Below are positions 7,232 through 18,006 of a DNA stretch of 64,000 bases, piece by piece. The translations under genes were made by a program, and so were the position numbers. The notes below the pieces were generated by a model. It made no database searches. It saw nothing but the letters and a program-made list of their open reading frames with translations, and was not told the origin of the DNA. The DNA lies in the NCBI GenBank assembly GCA_038064915.1, contig JBBTSB010000005.1, positions 10,615 to 74,614 on the forward strand, written 5' to 3'. Within the stretch, counting starts at the first letter, position 1; each line of letters begins with the position of its first letter. This stretch comes from Patescibacteria group bacterium (lineage in GTDB: Bacteria > Patescibacteriota > Minisyncoccia > 2-02-FULL-40-12 > IGHO2-01-FULL-4-A).

Positions 7232-9238
7232 ATGATTTCTCTCGAAACTTCCATAGAAAACCTGGCCCATGTCGGGCCTCGGACACTTCCGAGGCTGAAG
7301 CGTCTTGGTATCACCAAGGTAAAACATTTACTTTGGCACTTTCCCAGTCGGTATGAGGATTTTGCTGAGATCATTCCCATCGATCAAGCAACGCAAGTAG
7401 ACACGGTAGTGAGTATCCAGGGAGAAGTCCAAAAAATCGAAACTACTCGCGCGTGGCGGAAACACCTTAACATCACTACGGCCTATGTGGCCGATGATAC
7501 CGAGAGCATCCGGGTAGTGTGGTTCAATCAGCCATTCATCGAGCGCTCTCTTCCCGAAGGGACGCGAGTGAGCTGTTCGGGCAAGCTCAAGCTCGATAAA
7601 CGTGGCATCTATCTTTCCAGCCCTAGCTACGAAAAAATCACTCGCGATGAACTAACGCACACCGGGCGCTTGGTACCCGTGTATCCGGAGACGGATGGCA
7701 TTTCATCAAAGTATTTGCGTTTTCTCATCAAGCCCATTCTCGACCAACTCAAGGATGTCCCTGATCCCCTGCCAGTGAGTATCGTACAGAAATTCCAATT
7801 TCCCGATCTCCTCTATTCACTACGCACTATACACTTTCCCGAAACTGAACCTGATACAGTCGCGCCGCGGCAGAGGTTTGCATTTGAGGAATTGTTTTTT
7901 CTCCAGCTCCGTGCACTCATGGATCGCCAGAGAATGAAACTTTTGCCCGCGCCGCGCATTGCTTTTGAAAAAGAAAACATAGCCGCGCTGGTAAAATCTC
8001 TTCCTTTTACACTTACGAACGACCAGCGTCTTGCTGCCTTTGAAATTCTCAAAGACATAGAGCGTTCCTATCCTATGAATCGGCTTTTGAATGGCGACGT
8101 GGGTTCCGGAAAGACGGTTGTGGCACTAATTGCCGCCTATCAAACGGCACGTGCCGGGTATCAAACGGTGTTTATGGCACCGACGGAACTTCTTGCGACG
8201 CAGCACTATGGAACCATTTCAGAGCTCGTCCCCCCGGGTATCTCCCTGGGAATCTTGACGGGTAGCAAGAAAATAAATAAAGATGCTCAGATCATCGTTG
8301 GTACTCATGCCGTGATACAAAAAGGTGTTACGTTTAACAACCTAGGACTTGTGGTGATTGATGAGCAACACAGATTCGGTGTGAAACAGCGCATGAAATT
8401 AATAAAAGACCAAAAGCTCGTTCCGCATCTCCTCTCGATGACGGCGACCCCAATCCCCCGTACGCTGGCGCTGACGATATACGGCGACCTTGATGTGTCG
8501 CTCATCAAAGAAAAACCAAAAGGTCGGCAGGAAATTACCACGAAGGTCGTGTCTCATGAGAAACGAGCGGAAGCATATCAATTTATCGAAAAACAAATCC
8601 AAGAAGGAAGGCAAATTTTTGTGATTTGTCCGCGTATTGAAGCCAGCGAGGCAAAGACAGATATGAAGATGGTGACCGAAGAATTCAAAAAGCTCTCTGC
8701 GCTATTTCCTCATCGAAAAGTTGCCATGATGCACGGGAAGATGAGGGAGAAAGGCGAGATCATGCAAAAATTCAAAGATCATGAGATCGATGTTCTCGTT
8801 TCAACTTCGGTCATTGAAGTTGGTGTCGACGTTCCTAATGCCACGATTATGATGATCGAGTCGGCAGAGCGTTTTGGTCTTGCACAATTGCATCAATTCC
8901 GAGGACGTGTTGGACGCGGTGCACACCAGTCATATTGTCTTTTGTTTACGAGTAGTCCCGATATTACATCAACGCGCCGTCTCAAAGCAATGGAAGCAAC
9001 GAATGATGGCTTTAAACTTGCCGAGATGGATCTCAAAATCCGCGGCCCCGGGCAATTCACCGGCACCATACAGTCCGGTATACCCGATCTTGCCATGGCA
9101 TCGCTCTCTGATATCAACCTCATCAAAACCGCCCGGGATAGTGCCCAAGAACTTTTGAAAGAAGACGCTACGCTTTCACGCTATCCTTTACTTCATGCTC
9201 GTCTGGAAGAGCTTCAGAAGATGGTTCACTTTGAATAG
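7232..9238 (+). CDS. recG: ATP-dependent DNA helicase RecG
   Basis: Wedge domain, helicase motifs NGDVGSGKT, DEQHRFG, TATPIPRT and QLHQFRGRVGRG; real start ATG 7232 (the GC-rich 5' extension of ORF 6863.. is not RecG). Confidence 0.9.
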   Translation: MISLETSIENLAHVGPRTLPRLKRLGITKVKHLLWHFPSRYEDFAEIIPIDQATQVDTVVSIQGEVQKIETTRAWRKHLNITTAYVADDTESIRVVWFNQPFIERSLPEGTRVSCSGKLKLDKRGIYLSSPSYEKITRDELTHTGRLVPVYPETDGISSKYLRFLIKPILDQLKDVPDPLPVSIVQKFQFPDLLYSLRTIHFPETEPDTVAPRQRFAFEELFFLQLRALMDRQRMKLLPAPRIAFEKENIAALVKSLPFTLTNDQRLAAFEILKDIERSYPMNRLLNGDVGSGKTVVALIAAYQTARAGYQTVFMAPTELLATQHYGTISELVPPGISLGILTGSKKINKDAQIIVGTHAVIQKGVTFNNLGLVVIDEQHRFGVKQRMKLIKDQKLVPHLLSMTATPIPRTLALTIYGDLDVSLIKEKPKGRQEITTKVVSHEKRAEAYQFIEKQIQEGRQIFVICPRIEASEAKTDMKMVTEEFKKLSALFPHRKVAMMHGKMREKGEIMQKFKDHEIDVLVSTSVIEVGVDVPNATIMMIESAERFGLAQLHQFRGRVGRGAHQSYCLLFTSSPDITSTRRLKAMEATNDGFKLAEMDLKIRGPGQFTGTIQSGIPDLAMASLSDINLIKTARDSAQELLKEDATLSRYPLLHARLEELQKMVHFE

Positions 9239-10766
9239 GTTTTCTATGTTTGGGCGTGACCCAGAAACCCATATATTTTCCCAACATCAGGCGGGTTTGG
9301 CCATCGAGTGCGGGAAATGATCCGAAAATAATCGTTGTGACGGGGAACAATATCCATTGGATGAGCATCCACGAGTATTTCAAGAAACCTACATGTCGCG
9401 GCCGTGGCGGCAGAATAAAGAGAGATAGTATCAGAGGCGTAAGGAGCGCCAGGAGCGCAAGACGCATGATCGTATGGGAGAGCTGAGCGTGATTAAATGA
9501 GAGCACACTGCCATTGAATTCCGGTCCACCCAAAACTCCAGGTAGCCATCCCAACAAAAATAGCATTATCGCGTTTGTCGCCCACGACCAGTACCCTTCA
9601 AAAATAGTTATCGTATAGTGTAACTTTCGGGAAAAGTATATGGTTTTGTTTTTCATAAAACCCAGTAAGAAATATGGAACATTTTCTACACCGTAGCTCC
9701 ATCTGCGGTGTTGTTTGTAGACGTTGACCATGGTTTTCCAAAAGCTTCCACCGGTATTGGTATCCATAGATACGGGGTAATGCAATGGCACCACACGATA
9801 ATCACCATCATAGCGCAATAAACACTGCCAGAAGACACGTGAGTCTTCATTGACCATGTTGGTTTGCCAAAAGCCGATATCTACGACTGCCTGGAATGGC
9901 ATGGAGTGGCTGGAAAACGTAATCAGATTTTCGGGACGGGCTTGTTGGATGGTCTGCCAGAACGTAGAGCCAAAAGCAACCACTCGTGCAAACGCCGGCG
10001 CTTCCCAAATGTTGTTGGTAAAAAAAGGAACAGGTTGATACGAGGCGCGCATACGATTTTCGCTTGTCAAAAAGACATAGGTCAGTCGACTGAAATACTC
10101 TGGAAACACCACGGTATCGATATCAAAAATGGAAACAAGAATATCTTCGTAGGGAATATGCAGTGCGTCAATAATTTCTTTTTGCACTTGCCGCCCAGCC
10201 CAAGAGATATTTGCTCCTTTTCCAGCTTGCTCTCCTTCGATGCCATCGGGATGTTCGATAATGGTAAACCGAAAAAAAGAATCTCTGAATTCATTCTCCA
10301 AGGCATTGCGTACGGCTTCATTGTGCGTGCTTCCCGCCCTTCCCTCTTGGGCGAGGACCACGATCATTCGGTCTTGCGGATAGTTTGCTTTCGTGAGTCC
10401 AAGCAGTGAATCGCGAATAAGCTCTGCCGGTTCTTGATAGGTCGGAAGGATGATGAAGTGGTAGAGGTCTTGAAACTTGAAGCTTGAACCCTGAAGTTTT
10501 TCAAGCCAATTGATTTTCATATTCCTACGGGTTTGATTATACCCGGCCCGTAAGTGGAGTGACAGATAGATTGTTTTTACCAGCCAATAGATATCAAAAA
10601 TGATGATGAAAAGCGCTGTTTCCGCAGGGAAGAAAAAAGAACACACTACCACCGCAATGAGCGTAAGCCAGGAAAATAATCCTGGAAGAATTTCAAAAAA
10701 CCGGTACCATCGCCGGTCGCCGGGATTCTGCAGATCTCGAGCTTTGCCAATATGTAATGGAATCAC
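9168..10766 (-). CDS. Membrane glycosyltransferase, family 2 (cellulose/chitin-synthase-like)
   Basis: N- and C-terminal TM helices around a GT-A-like core (DIDTV..., QxxRW-like RRWSYG). Confidence 0.65.
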   Translation of the reverse strand: MIPLHIGKARDLQNPGDRRWYRFFEILPGLFSWLTLIAVVVCSFFFPAETALFIIIFDIYWLVKTIYLSLHLRAGYNQTRRNMKINWLEKLQGSSFKFQDLYHFIILPTYQEPAELIRDSLLGLTKANYPQDRMIVVLAQEGRAGSTHNEAVRNALENEFRDSFFRFTIIEHPDGIEGEQAGKGANISWAGRQVQKEIIDALHIPYEDILVSIFDIDTVVFPEYFSRLTYVFLTSENRMRASYQPVPFFTNNIWEAPAFARVVAFGSTFWQTIQQARPENLITFSSHSMPFQAVVDIGFWQTNMVNEDSRVFWQCLLRYDGDYRVVPLHYPVSMDTNTGGSFWKTMVNVYKQHRRWSYGVENVPYFLLGFMKNKTIYFSRKLHYTITIFEGYWSWATNAIMLFLLGWLPGVLGGPEFNGSVLSFNHAQLSHTIMRLALLALLTPLILSLFILPPRPRHVGFLKYSWMLIQWILFPVTTIIFGSFPALDGQTRLMLGKYMGFWVTPKHRKPIQSEPSSEALPDEHEVKDSVKA

Positions 10767-11518
10767 AATGAAAAAACAAACTGGTAGAGACCTTGTTCCA
10801 TATCATGCTCGCCCTTTTTCGCATCGAGTTCGAGTTGATGGAGGTTTTGATAGAGTTTTTTGAGTTTTCCATCATCAAAACGCTGGGACGCCATACGAGC
10901 TTTGCTGGCCACGTAGGGATGCACGCCGGTACGCCCAGGAGCGAGCATGTTGCGAAATTGGAATACGACCATCGAGAAAAGGTAGTACGGATCGGCACCA
11001 TTTGCAAGCTGGCGGTCCAGGAGCAGCAGCGCCTCGCCTTTATGTTTGTTCGCAATGGCGTCAGTGAGTTTAAAGATGTTTTCTTCTATTGTTACATTGC
11101 TTACCGCATCGAGGTCACGTTTCTCTATTCTCTTTTTTTCTTGAGCATAGTTGCAAAGTTTCTCGAGCTCGAGCTTCGTCTGCCAGGAGTCAACATAGCG
11201 AACAGCGAGGAGCGCAAGCGCATCGGAAGCGATCGCAAAACCCTCTTTTTTTAGTTCCCCTTGTATCCACTGCCGAATTTCATCGCCTTGCAATGGCTTA
11301 AACTCAACTCCTTTCTTTATTTTCTTTTCTGAAACAACAAAAACTTCCACATCATCCGGTATGTTTAGACTCTTGGGCGGATCGTAGAGGATCACCGGTG
11401 CTTGATCAAAAAGACCTTTTGTTTTCAATGCTTCCTCCCCCACCATGGCCCCCGCCGCGTGTTCTTGGAGGTACTGCTTGATCCGGTATTTGTCGAAACC
11501 GTACAAGTAAGTAATCAT
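10763..11518 (-). CDS. holA: DNA polymerase III delta subunit
   Basis: MITYLYGFDKYRIKQYL...; matches short HolA in length and motifs; start ATG 11518. Confidence 0.7.
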   Translation of the reverse strand: MITYLYGFDKYRIKQYLQEHAAGAMVGEEALKTKGLFDQAPVILYDPPKSLNIPDDVEVFVVSEKKIKKGVEFKPLQGDEIRQWIQGELKKEGFAIASDALALLAVRYVDSWQTKLELEKLCNYAQEKKRIEKRDLDAVSNVTIEENIFKLTDAIANKHKGEALLLLDRQLANGADPYYLFSMVVFQFRNMLAPGRTGVHPYVASKARMASQRFDDGKLKKLYQNLHQLELDAKKGEHDMEQGLYQFVFSL

Positions 11519-12519
11519 TGCGTCGCAATTTCGATCCACGTTGTGCCGATATTCAGTTTAAGTTCTTTGCCCTGCGCGTCTTTGAAGACCAGACGCGCCG
11601 CATCGGTCGATTTTTCCCACGTTCCGCTAACTGCTGTGCCGTTTTTGTAAAGCGTCATAGTTCCCGAGCCGGTGGTCTTGACGCGGTTATAGAGAATGCT
11701 TAAGTACTGGGAGGTTGTTTTCATGACGATGACATTATCTGCCTGGACCTGCAAATTATCCAGCGTATCTCGTTCCACGGTACCTCCACGGAAACGACTG
11801 TAGCGGTTTGTGGCCGGGTCATACGTCCACCGGACGGCAAAATCTCCAGCATAGAGCGTTGGCGACGTTAGGATTCCTTCACTTTCTCCCTCTTCAAATT
11901 TGTACCCCAATTCCTTTGCTACAGTGCTATATTTAAACTGTGCAATTTTTTCTGCAAGCAACGTTGGCGTAGAAAATCCATTGTGTGGGCGCGGGCGATT
12001 TGATTTGCGGCGGCAGGTGGTTCCGTCAAACTTAAGACAATCGATATTGTTGGTCGCTCCCGCATCAAGCTTTGCCAGTGCTTCATACTCCCCTCCCCAA
12101 TGCAGATAGAGCGCATCAAATCCCAGCACGAATGGAATAAAGTCCATGCGTGCTGAGCGAATTGACCCATACTCAGCAGGTTCTTCACATTGAAAAAGTG
12201 CCATCATGCGCGTCACCCCGCCCTCTGTAACCGGCATCTCGATAACCATGTCAGCACTTCCAATGCCCGACAGCGGGCGCGCTTCTGGATCAGAGGCATA
12301 CATGACGGCCAGTGGTCGCTTTGAGCCATTCTCGCATTCTTTGCCGCTTAGTGTTCCTTCTTGGAGTTTTGGTTTTGGGGTTTCTTTTACTGCGCTCGCA
12401 GGATTGGCAATGGCGATTTCATTTCCACCAATCTTTGCAATCGCAAATCCCCCAAGCGCAACAATCGCCACAACGGCGATGATAATGTAGTGCTTTTTGG
12501 TAAGTTGCGGAAAGCGCAT
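11515..12519 (-). CDS. DUF3048-domain lipoprotein-like protein (YerB-like)
   Basis: N-terminal TM/signal, then DUF3048-like core (MALFQ..., HWGG..., NRPRPHNGF). Confidence 0.6.
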   Translation of the reverse strand: MRFPQLTKKHYIIIAVVAIVALGGFAIAKIGGNEIAIANPASAVKETPKPKLQEGTLSGKECENGSKRPLAVMYASDPEARPLSGIGSADMVIEMPVTEGGVTRMMALFQCEEPAEYGSIRSARMDFIPFVLGFDALYLHWGGEYEALAKLDAGATNNIDCLKFDGTTCRRKSNRPRPHNGFSTPTLLAEKIAQFKYSTVAKELGYKFEEGESEGILTSPTLYAGDFAVRWTYDPATNRYSRFRGGTVERDTLDNLQVQADNVIVMKTTSQYLSILYNRVKTTGSGTMTLYKNGTAVSGTWEKSTDAARLVFKDAQGKELKLNIGTTWIEIATQ

Positions 12520-12563
12520 GTCTGCAGTATACCGCCTCTTGCAAAAATAGGCAAAGTATGTCG

Positions 12564-14681
12564 CTATATTTTTTCCATCTCTTGCCAGTTTTTGCCTGCC
12601 TTCACATCCACGACAATCGGCACGTCAAACTTGTGTACGGTTTCCATAGTGGATTTGAGTTTTGGAGCGACAGATGCGACAAGATCTTTTTTGATTTCAA
12701 ACACCAGTTCATCGTGCACTTGCAGGAGCATTCTTACCTCATTGTTTCCTTTAATCTCCTCATAGACTTTGACCATTGCCATTTTGATCAGATCCGCCGC
12801 CGTGCCCTGGAGGGGCATGTTGACCGCCATTCGTTCCCCCATCGCTTGCAGTTGTGGCATGGTAGATTTGATCTCCGGAATTTCTCGCCGTCGCCCAAAG
12901 AGGGTTTCGACATAGCCTTTTTCATGTGCTTGTTTCTTGGTTTCTTCAATATATCTGGCAACTCCCGTGAACTCTGCAAAATAGCGTTCTATAAACTGTT
13001 TTCCCTCTTCGCGACTGACACCGGCCGCTCGCGCTACGCCGAGCGATCCCATACCATAGAGAACGCCAAAATTCAGTACCTTTGCTTGGCGTCTCGTGAT
13101 GTGAAGGAGTTCAGCGGTGCGCTCGTGGATATCTGCGCCAGCACGAAATGCTTCAATCATTTTTTTGTCCTGGGCGATGTGCGCGACCATGCGCAATTCG
13201 ATCTGCGAATAATCGCAGGACACAAGCTCAAAACCCTCCTCGGCAATAAACGCTTTGCGGAACTCTTGTCCCAGTGGCGTGCGGATGGGAATATTTTGTA
13301 AATTGGGGTCTTTTGAGGAAAGCCGTCCCGTAGCCGCTCCCATTTGGTCGTAGGTCGTGTGAATGCGTCCGTCAGGGCCCACGAGGCTCGGGAAGGGCTC
13401 GATATAGGTATTCTTGAGCTTCTGGAGCTCTCGGTATTGCAAAATCATATCGATGATCACATGCTCACCGCGGAGCTTTTCCAGTTCCGGGGCCGCCGTG
13501 GAGCGTGCTCCGCCCTTTGTCTTCCTCACCTTGCCAAGAATTCCAAGCTTGTCGTATAAAATATCGCCCAGCTGGCTAGGAGAATTGATATTGAATTGAG
13601 TGCCTGCTTGTCTATAAATCTCCTTTTCCAGCTCTGAAATTTCCTTATTGGTTTTTTCTAATAGCTTCTTGAGCATGGGAACGTCGACTTTAATCCCCCA
13701 TTTCTCCATAGCACGAAGCACGGGGGTAAGAGGTTCTTCGATAGTACGAACGGACTCATCAAACAACATAGGTTGTTCACTGATCGGTCCAACCGCTAAG
13801 TCAATCTCATGAAGTCGTTTTACCAAGCTTTTAAAACCAAATTCAGTAAAAAGTTCTTCCAGGTTTTTTACGTCAACGTGACCTCTCCACTTAGCTTTTT
13901 TCAGATCAAACTCTATGTCCAGATCACATACAATTTGCGAAAGCTGTTTCGAAAAAAATGCCTGATCTTTGTGTTTCGCGATTTTTTCCGGCAAATCCTT
14001 GCTTTCAAAGACTTTTTCCAGCGTGCCATGTTCTTGAATCAGTTTGGTAGCTGTTTTTTCTCCGACTCCTGGGACGCCGGGGATATTGTCCGATGGATCC
14101 CCTTTCAAGCCTCGATAATCCACCAATTGGTTTGGTCTTAGACCATACCGTTCTATAACTGCCTTTTCGTCGTATAAAATCGTGTCATTAAACCCTTTTC
14201 TCATGGTGAAAACGACAATATTGTCGTCATCTACGAGTTGGAGGGTGTCCATATCGCCAGTAGCGATAATAACCTTAATTTGCTTGCTATTTTCATTGTG
14301 GCACTTCGTGGCAAGTGTTCCTATGAGGTCATCTGCTTCGTATCCTTGCTTCTCGAAAATGGGAATTCCGAAGCCATCAAGCACTCTCTTTACGAGAGGA
14401 ATTTGATCATACAGTTCCTGTGGCGCCTTGACACGTTTTGATTTATATTGCTCAAATTGTTCATGGCGAAACGTTGGCCCTGCCAAGTCAAAGGTGGCAA
14501 TGATGTATTCCGGCTTTATTTCTCTGATCATCTTTATCAAGATCGAGCTAAAACCAAATACCCCGTTCGTCACCTTACCGCTTGGAGACGTCAATGGTGG
14601 CAATGCGTGAAACGCCCGATGAACAAGGGCGTTGCCGTCAATCAATACTAATTTTTCTCTTGTTTTTGCTGACATGTTCAA
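12564..14681 (-). CDS. polA: DNA polymerase I lacking the 3'-5' exonuclease domain
   Basis: 5' nuclease domain (LVLIDGNALVHRAFHA) runs directly into the Pol A palm/fingers (FNINSPSQLGDILYDKLG, RRQAKVLNFGVLYGMG, LQVHDELVFE); 705 aa. Confidence 0.9.
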   Translation of the reverse strand: MNMSAKTREKLVLIDGNALVHRAFHALPPLTSPSGKVTNGVFGFSSILIKMIREIKPEYIIATFDLAGPTFRHEQFEQYKSKRVKAPQELYDQIPLVKRVLDGFGIPIFEKQGYEADDLIGTLATKCHNENSKQIKVIIATGDMDTLQLVDDDNIVVFTMRKGFNDTILYDEKAVIERYGLRPNQLVDYRGLKGDPSDNIPGVPGVGEKTATKLIQEHGTLEKVFESKDLPEKIAKHKDQAFFSKQLSQIVCDLDIEFDLKKAKWRGHVDVKNLEELFTEFGFKSLVKRLHEIDLAVGPISEQPMLFDESVRTIEEPLTPVLRAMEKWGIKVDVPMLKKLLEKTNKEISELEKEIYRQAGTQFNINSPSQLGDILYDKLGILGKVRKTKGGARSTAAPELEKLRGEHVIIDMILQYRELQKLKNTYIEPFPSLVGPDGRIHTTYDQMGAATGRLSSKDPNLQNIPIRTPLGQEFRKAFIAEEGFELVSCDYSQIELRMVAHIAQDKKMIEAFRAGADIHERTAELLHITRRQAKVLNFGVLYGMGSLGVARAAGVSREEGKQFIERYFAEFTGVARYIEETKKQAHEKGYVETLFGRRREIPEIKSTMPQLQAMGERMAVNMPLQGTAADLIKMAMVKVYEEIKGNNEVRMLLQVHDELVFEIKKDLVASVAPKLKSTMETVHKFDVPIVVDVKAGKNWQEMEKI

Positions 14682-14991
14682 AACGGATAGTAATGGTATC
14701 TTCTGGCAGGATATCTCGTACCCGATCCGCCCATTCTATGAAAACAATGTTTTTGGGATTTGAAAATATCTCCTGGATACCCAATTTTTCGAGTTCCTTT
14801 GCGTTTTTAAGCCGGTAGGCATCAATGTGGACGAGGTTACCATACTGCTTGATGATATTAAATGTTGGGCTTATAACCGTTTCCTTGACGCCGTAGGATT
14901 TGGCGAATTTTTGGACAAATGTGGTTTTCCCGGATCCCAGTTCACCAATTAATCCAACGACGGTTGCATTATGAGGAGTCTTCTGCGACAT
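14638..14991 (-). CDS. tsaE: tRNA threonylcarbamoyladenosine biosynthesis protein TsaE
   Basis: GELGSGKTTFVQ P-loop and ...HIDAYRL... motif; start ATG 14991. Confidence 0.85.
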   Translation of the reverse strand: MSQKTPHNATVVGLIGELGSGKTTFVQKFAKSYGVKETVISPTFNIIKQYGNLVHIDAYRLKNAKELEKLGIQEIFSNPKNIVFIEWADRVRDILPEDTITIRFEHVSKNKRKISID

Positions 14992-15331
14992 TTTTGAAGT
15001 GGGTGATCCGCGCCTTATCCTGACCCATAGTAACCGAAATAACATCTATGCGCCACTCCCGTTCAAGGTTGTTAAGGTAAAGTTTTGCTGTCCTGATTAC
15101 TTTTCGCAGTTTCAGGTAATCTGCCCGCACCTCGGGGCTAAAGGAACTTTCCGTTGCGTGTGAATTTGCCTTTACTTCAACAAATACCATGATATTTTCC
15201 TGCTTTGCGATGATATCTATCTCTCCCCACGGTTTTTGATAGTTTCTGTCTAGTATTTCGTAGCCTTTTTGCTTGAGATACCGTGTGGCGACCTCTTCAG
15301 CGGAATTGCCAAATTTTCTCCGTTCATCCAT
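14969..15331 (-). CDS. yraN: YraN family (UPF0102) endonuclease
   Basis: GE.A..YL...GY.IL.RN......GEIDIIA......VFVEVK signature. Confidence 0.8.
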   Translation of the reverse strand: MDERRKFGNSAEEVATRYLKQKGYEILDRNYQKPWGEIDIIAKQENIMVFVEVKANSHATESSFSPEVRADYLKLRKVIRTAKLYLNNLEREWRIDVISVTMGQDKARITHFKNVAEDSS

Positions 15332-15373
15332 TATCCACTATACCTCTTGACGAGGCATCCGTGGAAGAGTACG

Positions 15374-16468
15374 ATGTCTATTAGTAATTCTCGCAAGGGA
15401 ATTTTTGCCTTATATATGGGTAAATCATTACATTTTTGGGGTACCGTGGGCCTCGCAAGTCTTCTTTTGGCCTTCAAGGGATCCGGAAGTACCAATGTCC
15501 TAGACAATCTCGCCTTGGTCGCATTTGAGGAAACTCATGTGCTCGCCAGCACTACAGAAGTGTCGCCGAGCCAGGTTTTGGATATGAATACAATATCTGC
15601 ACAAGGCATTGGATCGGATTTGGGGGTGAATGCGTTATCGACAGTTCAGAATACGTTTCTTATTCCGCGTACCGCAACATTAGCTACGCTTTTCGAGGAG
15701 GATGAGCGAACGGGAAATGTTACGTACGTTGTGCAGGAGGGAGACGTTTTGGGAGGCATCGCTTCAGATTTCGGGATAACCCTTCAGACCATTATTTCAG
15801 CCAACAAGATAGCAAATATTGATGCCATAAAACCAGGAACAGAACTCACCATCCCGCCAGTAAGCGGGGTTGTTGTTATGGTAAAGAAAGGGGATACGGT
15901 AAGCTCTCTTGCGAAAAAGTATAGCGCTGATCAAGACAAGATTATCAGTTATAATGGCCTTCCGCTCGCAGGGGATTTGCGAATAGGGGACGAGATCATT
16001 ATTCCTGGAGGAACTCCTCCTGCAGCTTCCAAGGCGCCTACCAAAGCTATTACCGGAGGTCAGCGTTTTGCTGGACTTCCAAAATTTGAAGGCTATTTTA
16101 TTAACTCTGCCACTTGCAGAATCACCAACCTATCGCACGGAAGAAACGGACGGGATTGTGCCGCTGCAGTCGGCACTCCAATATACGCTGCGGCAAGCGG
16201 TCAGGTAGAGATTGCAGACGGTTCGGGCTACAACGGTGGCTATGGTAAATATGTAAGAATAAAACACGGAAATGGGACTTCTACGCTCTATGCACATTTG
16301 AGCAAAGTTCAAGTTGTTCCGGGAGAAACAATTTCCCAGGGACAGCAACTAGGCCTTATGGGTAGTACGGGGCGCTCTACGGGATCTCACTTGCATATTG
16401 AGTGCCATGGATGCCAAAACCCCCTTGCAGGCTATAAACTTGGAGCACAAGTAGTTGCTAAACAGTAG
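15374..16468 (+). CDS. LysM-domain M23 family metallopeptidase
   Basis: Two LysM-like segments (GDVLGGIASDFGITLQTI, GDTVSSLAKKYSADQDKI) and M23 motifs HGRNGRD.A, HLHIE. Confidence 0.8.
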   Translation: MSISNSRKGIFALYMGKSLHFWGTVGLASLLLAFKGSGSTNVLDNLALVAFEETHVLASTTEVSPSQVLDMNTISAQGIGSDLGVNALSTVQNTFLIPRTATLATLFEEDERTGNVTYVVQEGDVLGGIASDFGITLQTIISANKIANIDAIKPGTELTIPPVSGVVVMVKKGDTVSSLAKKYSADQDKIISYNGLPLAGDLRIGDEIIIPGGTPPAASKAPTKAITGGQRFAGLPKFEGYFINSATCRITNLSHGRNGRDCAAAVGTPIYAAASGQVEIADGSGYNGGYGKYVRIKHGNGTSTLYAHLSKVQVVPGETISQGQQLGLMGSTGRSTGSHLHIECHGCQNPLAGYKLGAQVVAKQ

Positions 16469-17999
16469 ATGTTTGGATGCGGTAGTTTACCGCCTCGGCA
16501 ACATGACTGCTACTGATTTCATCTCTTTCATCCAGATCGGCAATGGTTCGAGCTAGTTTCAGTATCTTGTGGTATCCACGTCCAGACAGGTGATGCATAT
16601 GCATCACTTTTTTCATGAGCAATTCCGCGTCAGATGACAAAACACAGTATTTTTCTATCTCTTTTGGGCCCATTTCGCTGTTAGTTGCCAACTTGGCAAG
16701 TGACAGCCGAGACTCCTGCCGAGCACGCGCTTTTGCTATACTAGCGCGCATATCCTCTGGTCGAGGACCAGTGGAACCCTTTGATCGAAGTTTTTCATAT
16801 GTTTCTCGTGGAACAGTTATTTGAATATCAATACGATCCAAAATGGGGCCGGAAAGCTTTTTTTGGTATTTTGCAATGGCGAAACTCGAACATACGCAGG
16901 CCTGCACAGGATCGCCATAATTTCCACAGGGACATGGATTCATAGCCGCTACGAGCATAAATCGTGCAGGAAACTTCACGGTGCGTGCGGCTCGCGATAC
17001 GATAACCTCACCGTTTTCCATAGGCTGGCGCAGAGCCTCTATGACGTTGCGAGGAAATTCAGGAAATTCATCGAGAAACAAAACACCACGATGAGCAAGA
17101 CTGATCTCGCCCGGGCGGGGATAGGACCCTCCTCCGACCACAGCAACAGCCGATGTAGTATGGTGCGGGCTTCTAAATGGTCGCTGGGTAATAATTGGGG
17201 TGTTTTGAACTAAACCAGCAACACTATACACTTTCGTGACTTCAATTGCCTCGTCCTGATTCATAGAGGGCATGATTCCGGCTAGAGCTTTTGCCAGGAG
17301 CGTTTTACCCGATCCTGGGGGTCCATGCATGAGGATATTATGCCCACCGCTTGCGGCAATCACAAGGGCGCGTTTTGCATTTTCTTGGCCCTTGATATGG
17401 TCCATCGAGAATCCTCCATCCGTTTCGTATTTAGCCAACTGGTCATAGTATCGAAGAGGGGATGCAGGAGAAATGAGGGAAGTCTTTTTCAAATGACCAA
17501 CTAATTGCGTGAGTGTAGAAACTCCAAAAATGGTTATGCCTTCGATGGCGGAGGCTTCACCTACATTATCTATCGGAAGAAATACTTCACGGTATCCATT
17601 TGCCTTGGCCATAGCGATCATGGGTAGGATGCTATTGATGCGCCGTACTGATCCGTCGAGAGACAATTCACCCAAAAAAAGACGGTGATGTGGATCGAAT
17701 TTCAATTGTTTGGTCACCAACAAATACCCCATGGCAATGGGGAGATCGTATCCTGCACCCTCTTTTTTTATATCTGCGGGGGCGAGATTAACAATAATAC
17801 GCTGATTTTTCTGCTTTGGTGCCACAAAACCGCTATTTCTCAAAGCGGAACCGATACGATCTTTTGATTCCTCAACTGTTTTATCTGGGAGCCCCACAAT
17901 GCTAAAGAAATGCAGTCCTGGAGTTGCATCCACCTCGACTTCTATGGAAAATGCATCAAGACCTATGGTTGCGGCAGAAAATACACGTATTGAGGCCAT
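16458..17999 (-). CDS. YifB/ComM family Mg-chelatase-like AAA+ ATPase
   Basis: Lon-like N-domain, Walker A GPPGSGKT, sensor regions, C-terminal Mg-chelatase ChlI-like helix. Confidence 0.85.
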   Translation of the reverse strand: MASIRVFSAATIGLDAFSIEVEVDATPGLHFFSIVGLPDKTVEESKDRIGSALRNSGFVAPKQKNQRIIVNLAPADIKKEGAGYDLPIAMGYLLVTKQLKFDPHHRLFLGELSLDGSVRRINSILPMIAMAKANGYREVFLPIDNVGEASAIEGITIFGVSTLTQLVGHLKKTSLISPASPLRYYDQLAKYETDGGFSMDHIKGQENAKRALVIAASGGHNILMHGPPGSGKTLLAKALAGIMPSMNQDEAIEVTKVYSVAGLVQNTPIITQRPFRSPHHTTSAVAVVGGGSYPRPGEISLAHRGVLFLDEFPEFPRNVIEALRQPMENGEVIVSRAARTVKFPARFMLVAAMNPCPCGNYGDPVQACVCSSFAIAKYQKKLSGPILDRIDIQITVPRETYEKLRSKGSTGPRPEDMRASIAKARARQESRLSLAKLATNSEMGPKEIEKYCVLSSDAELLMKKVMHMHHLSGRGYHKILKLARTIADLDERDEISSSHVAEAVNYRIQTSTV

Positions 18000-18006
18000 A
18001 TTATTG

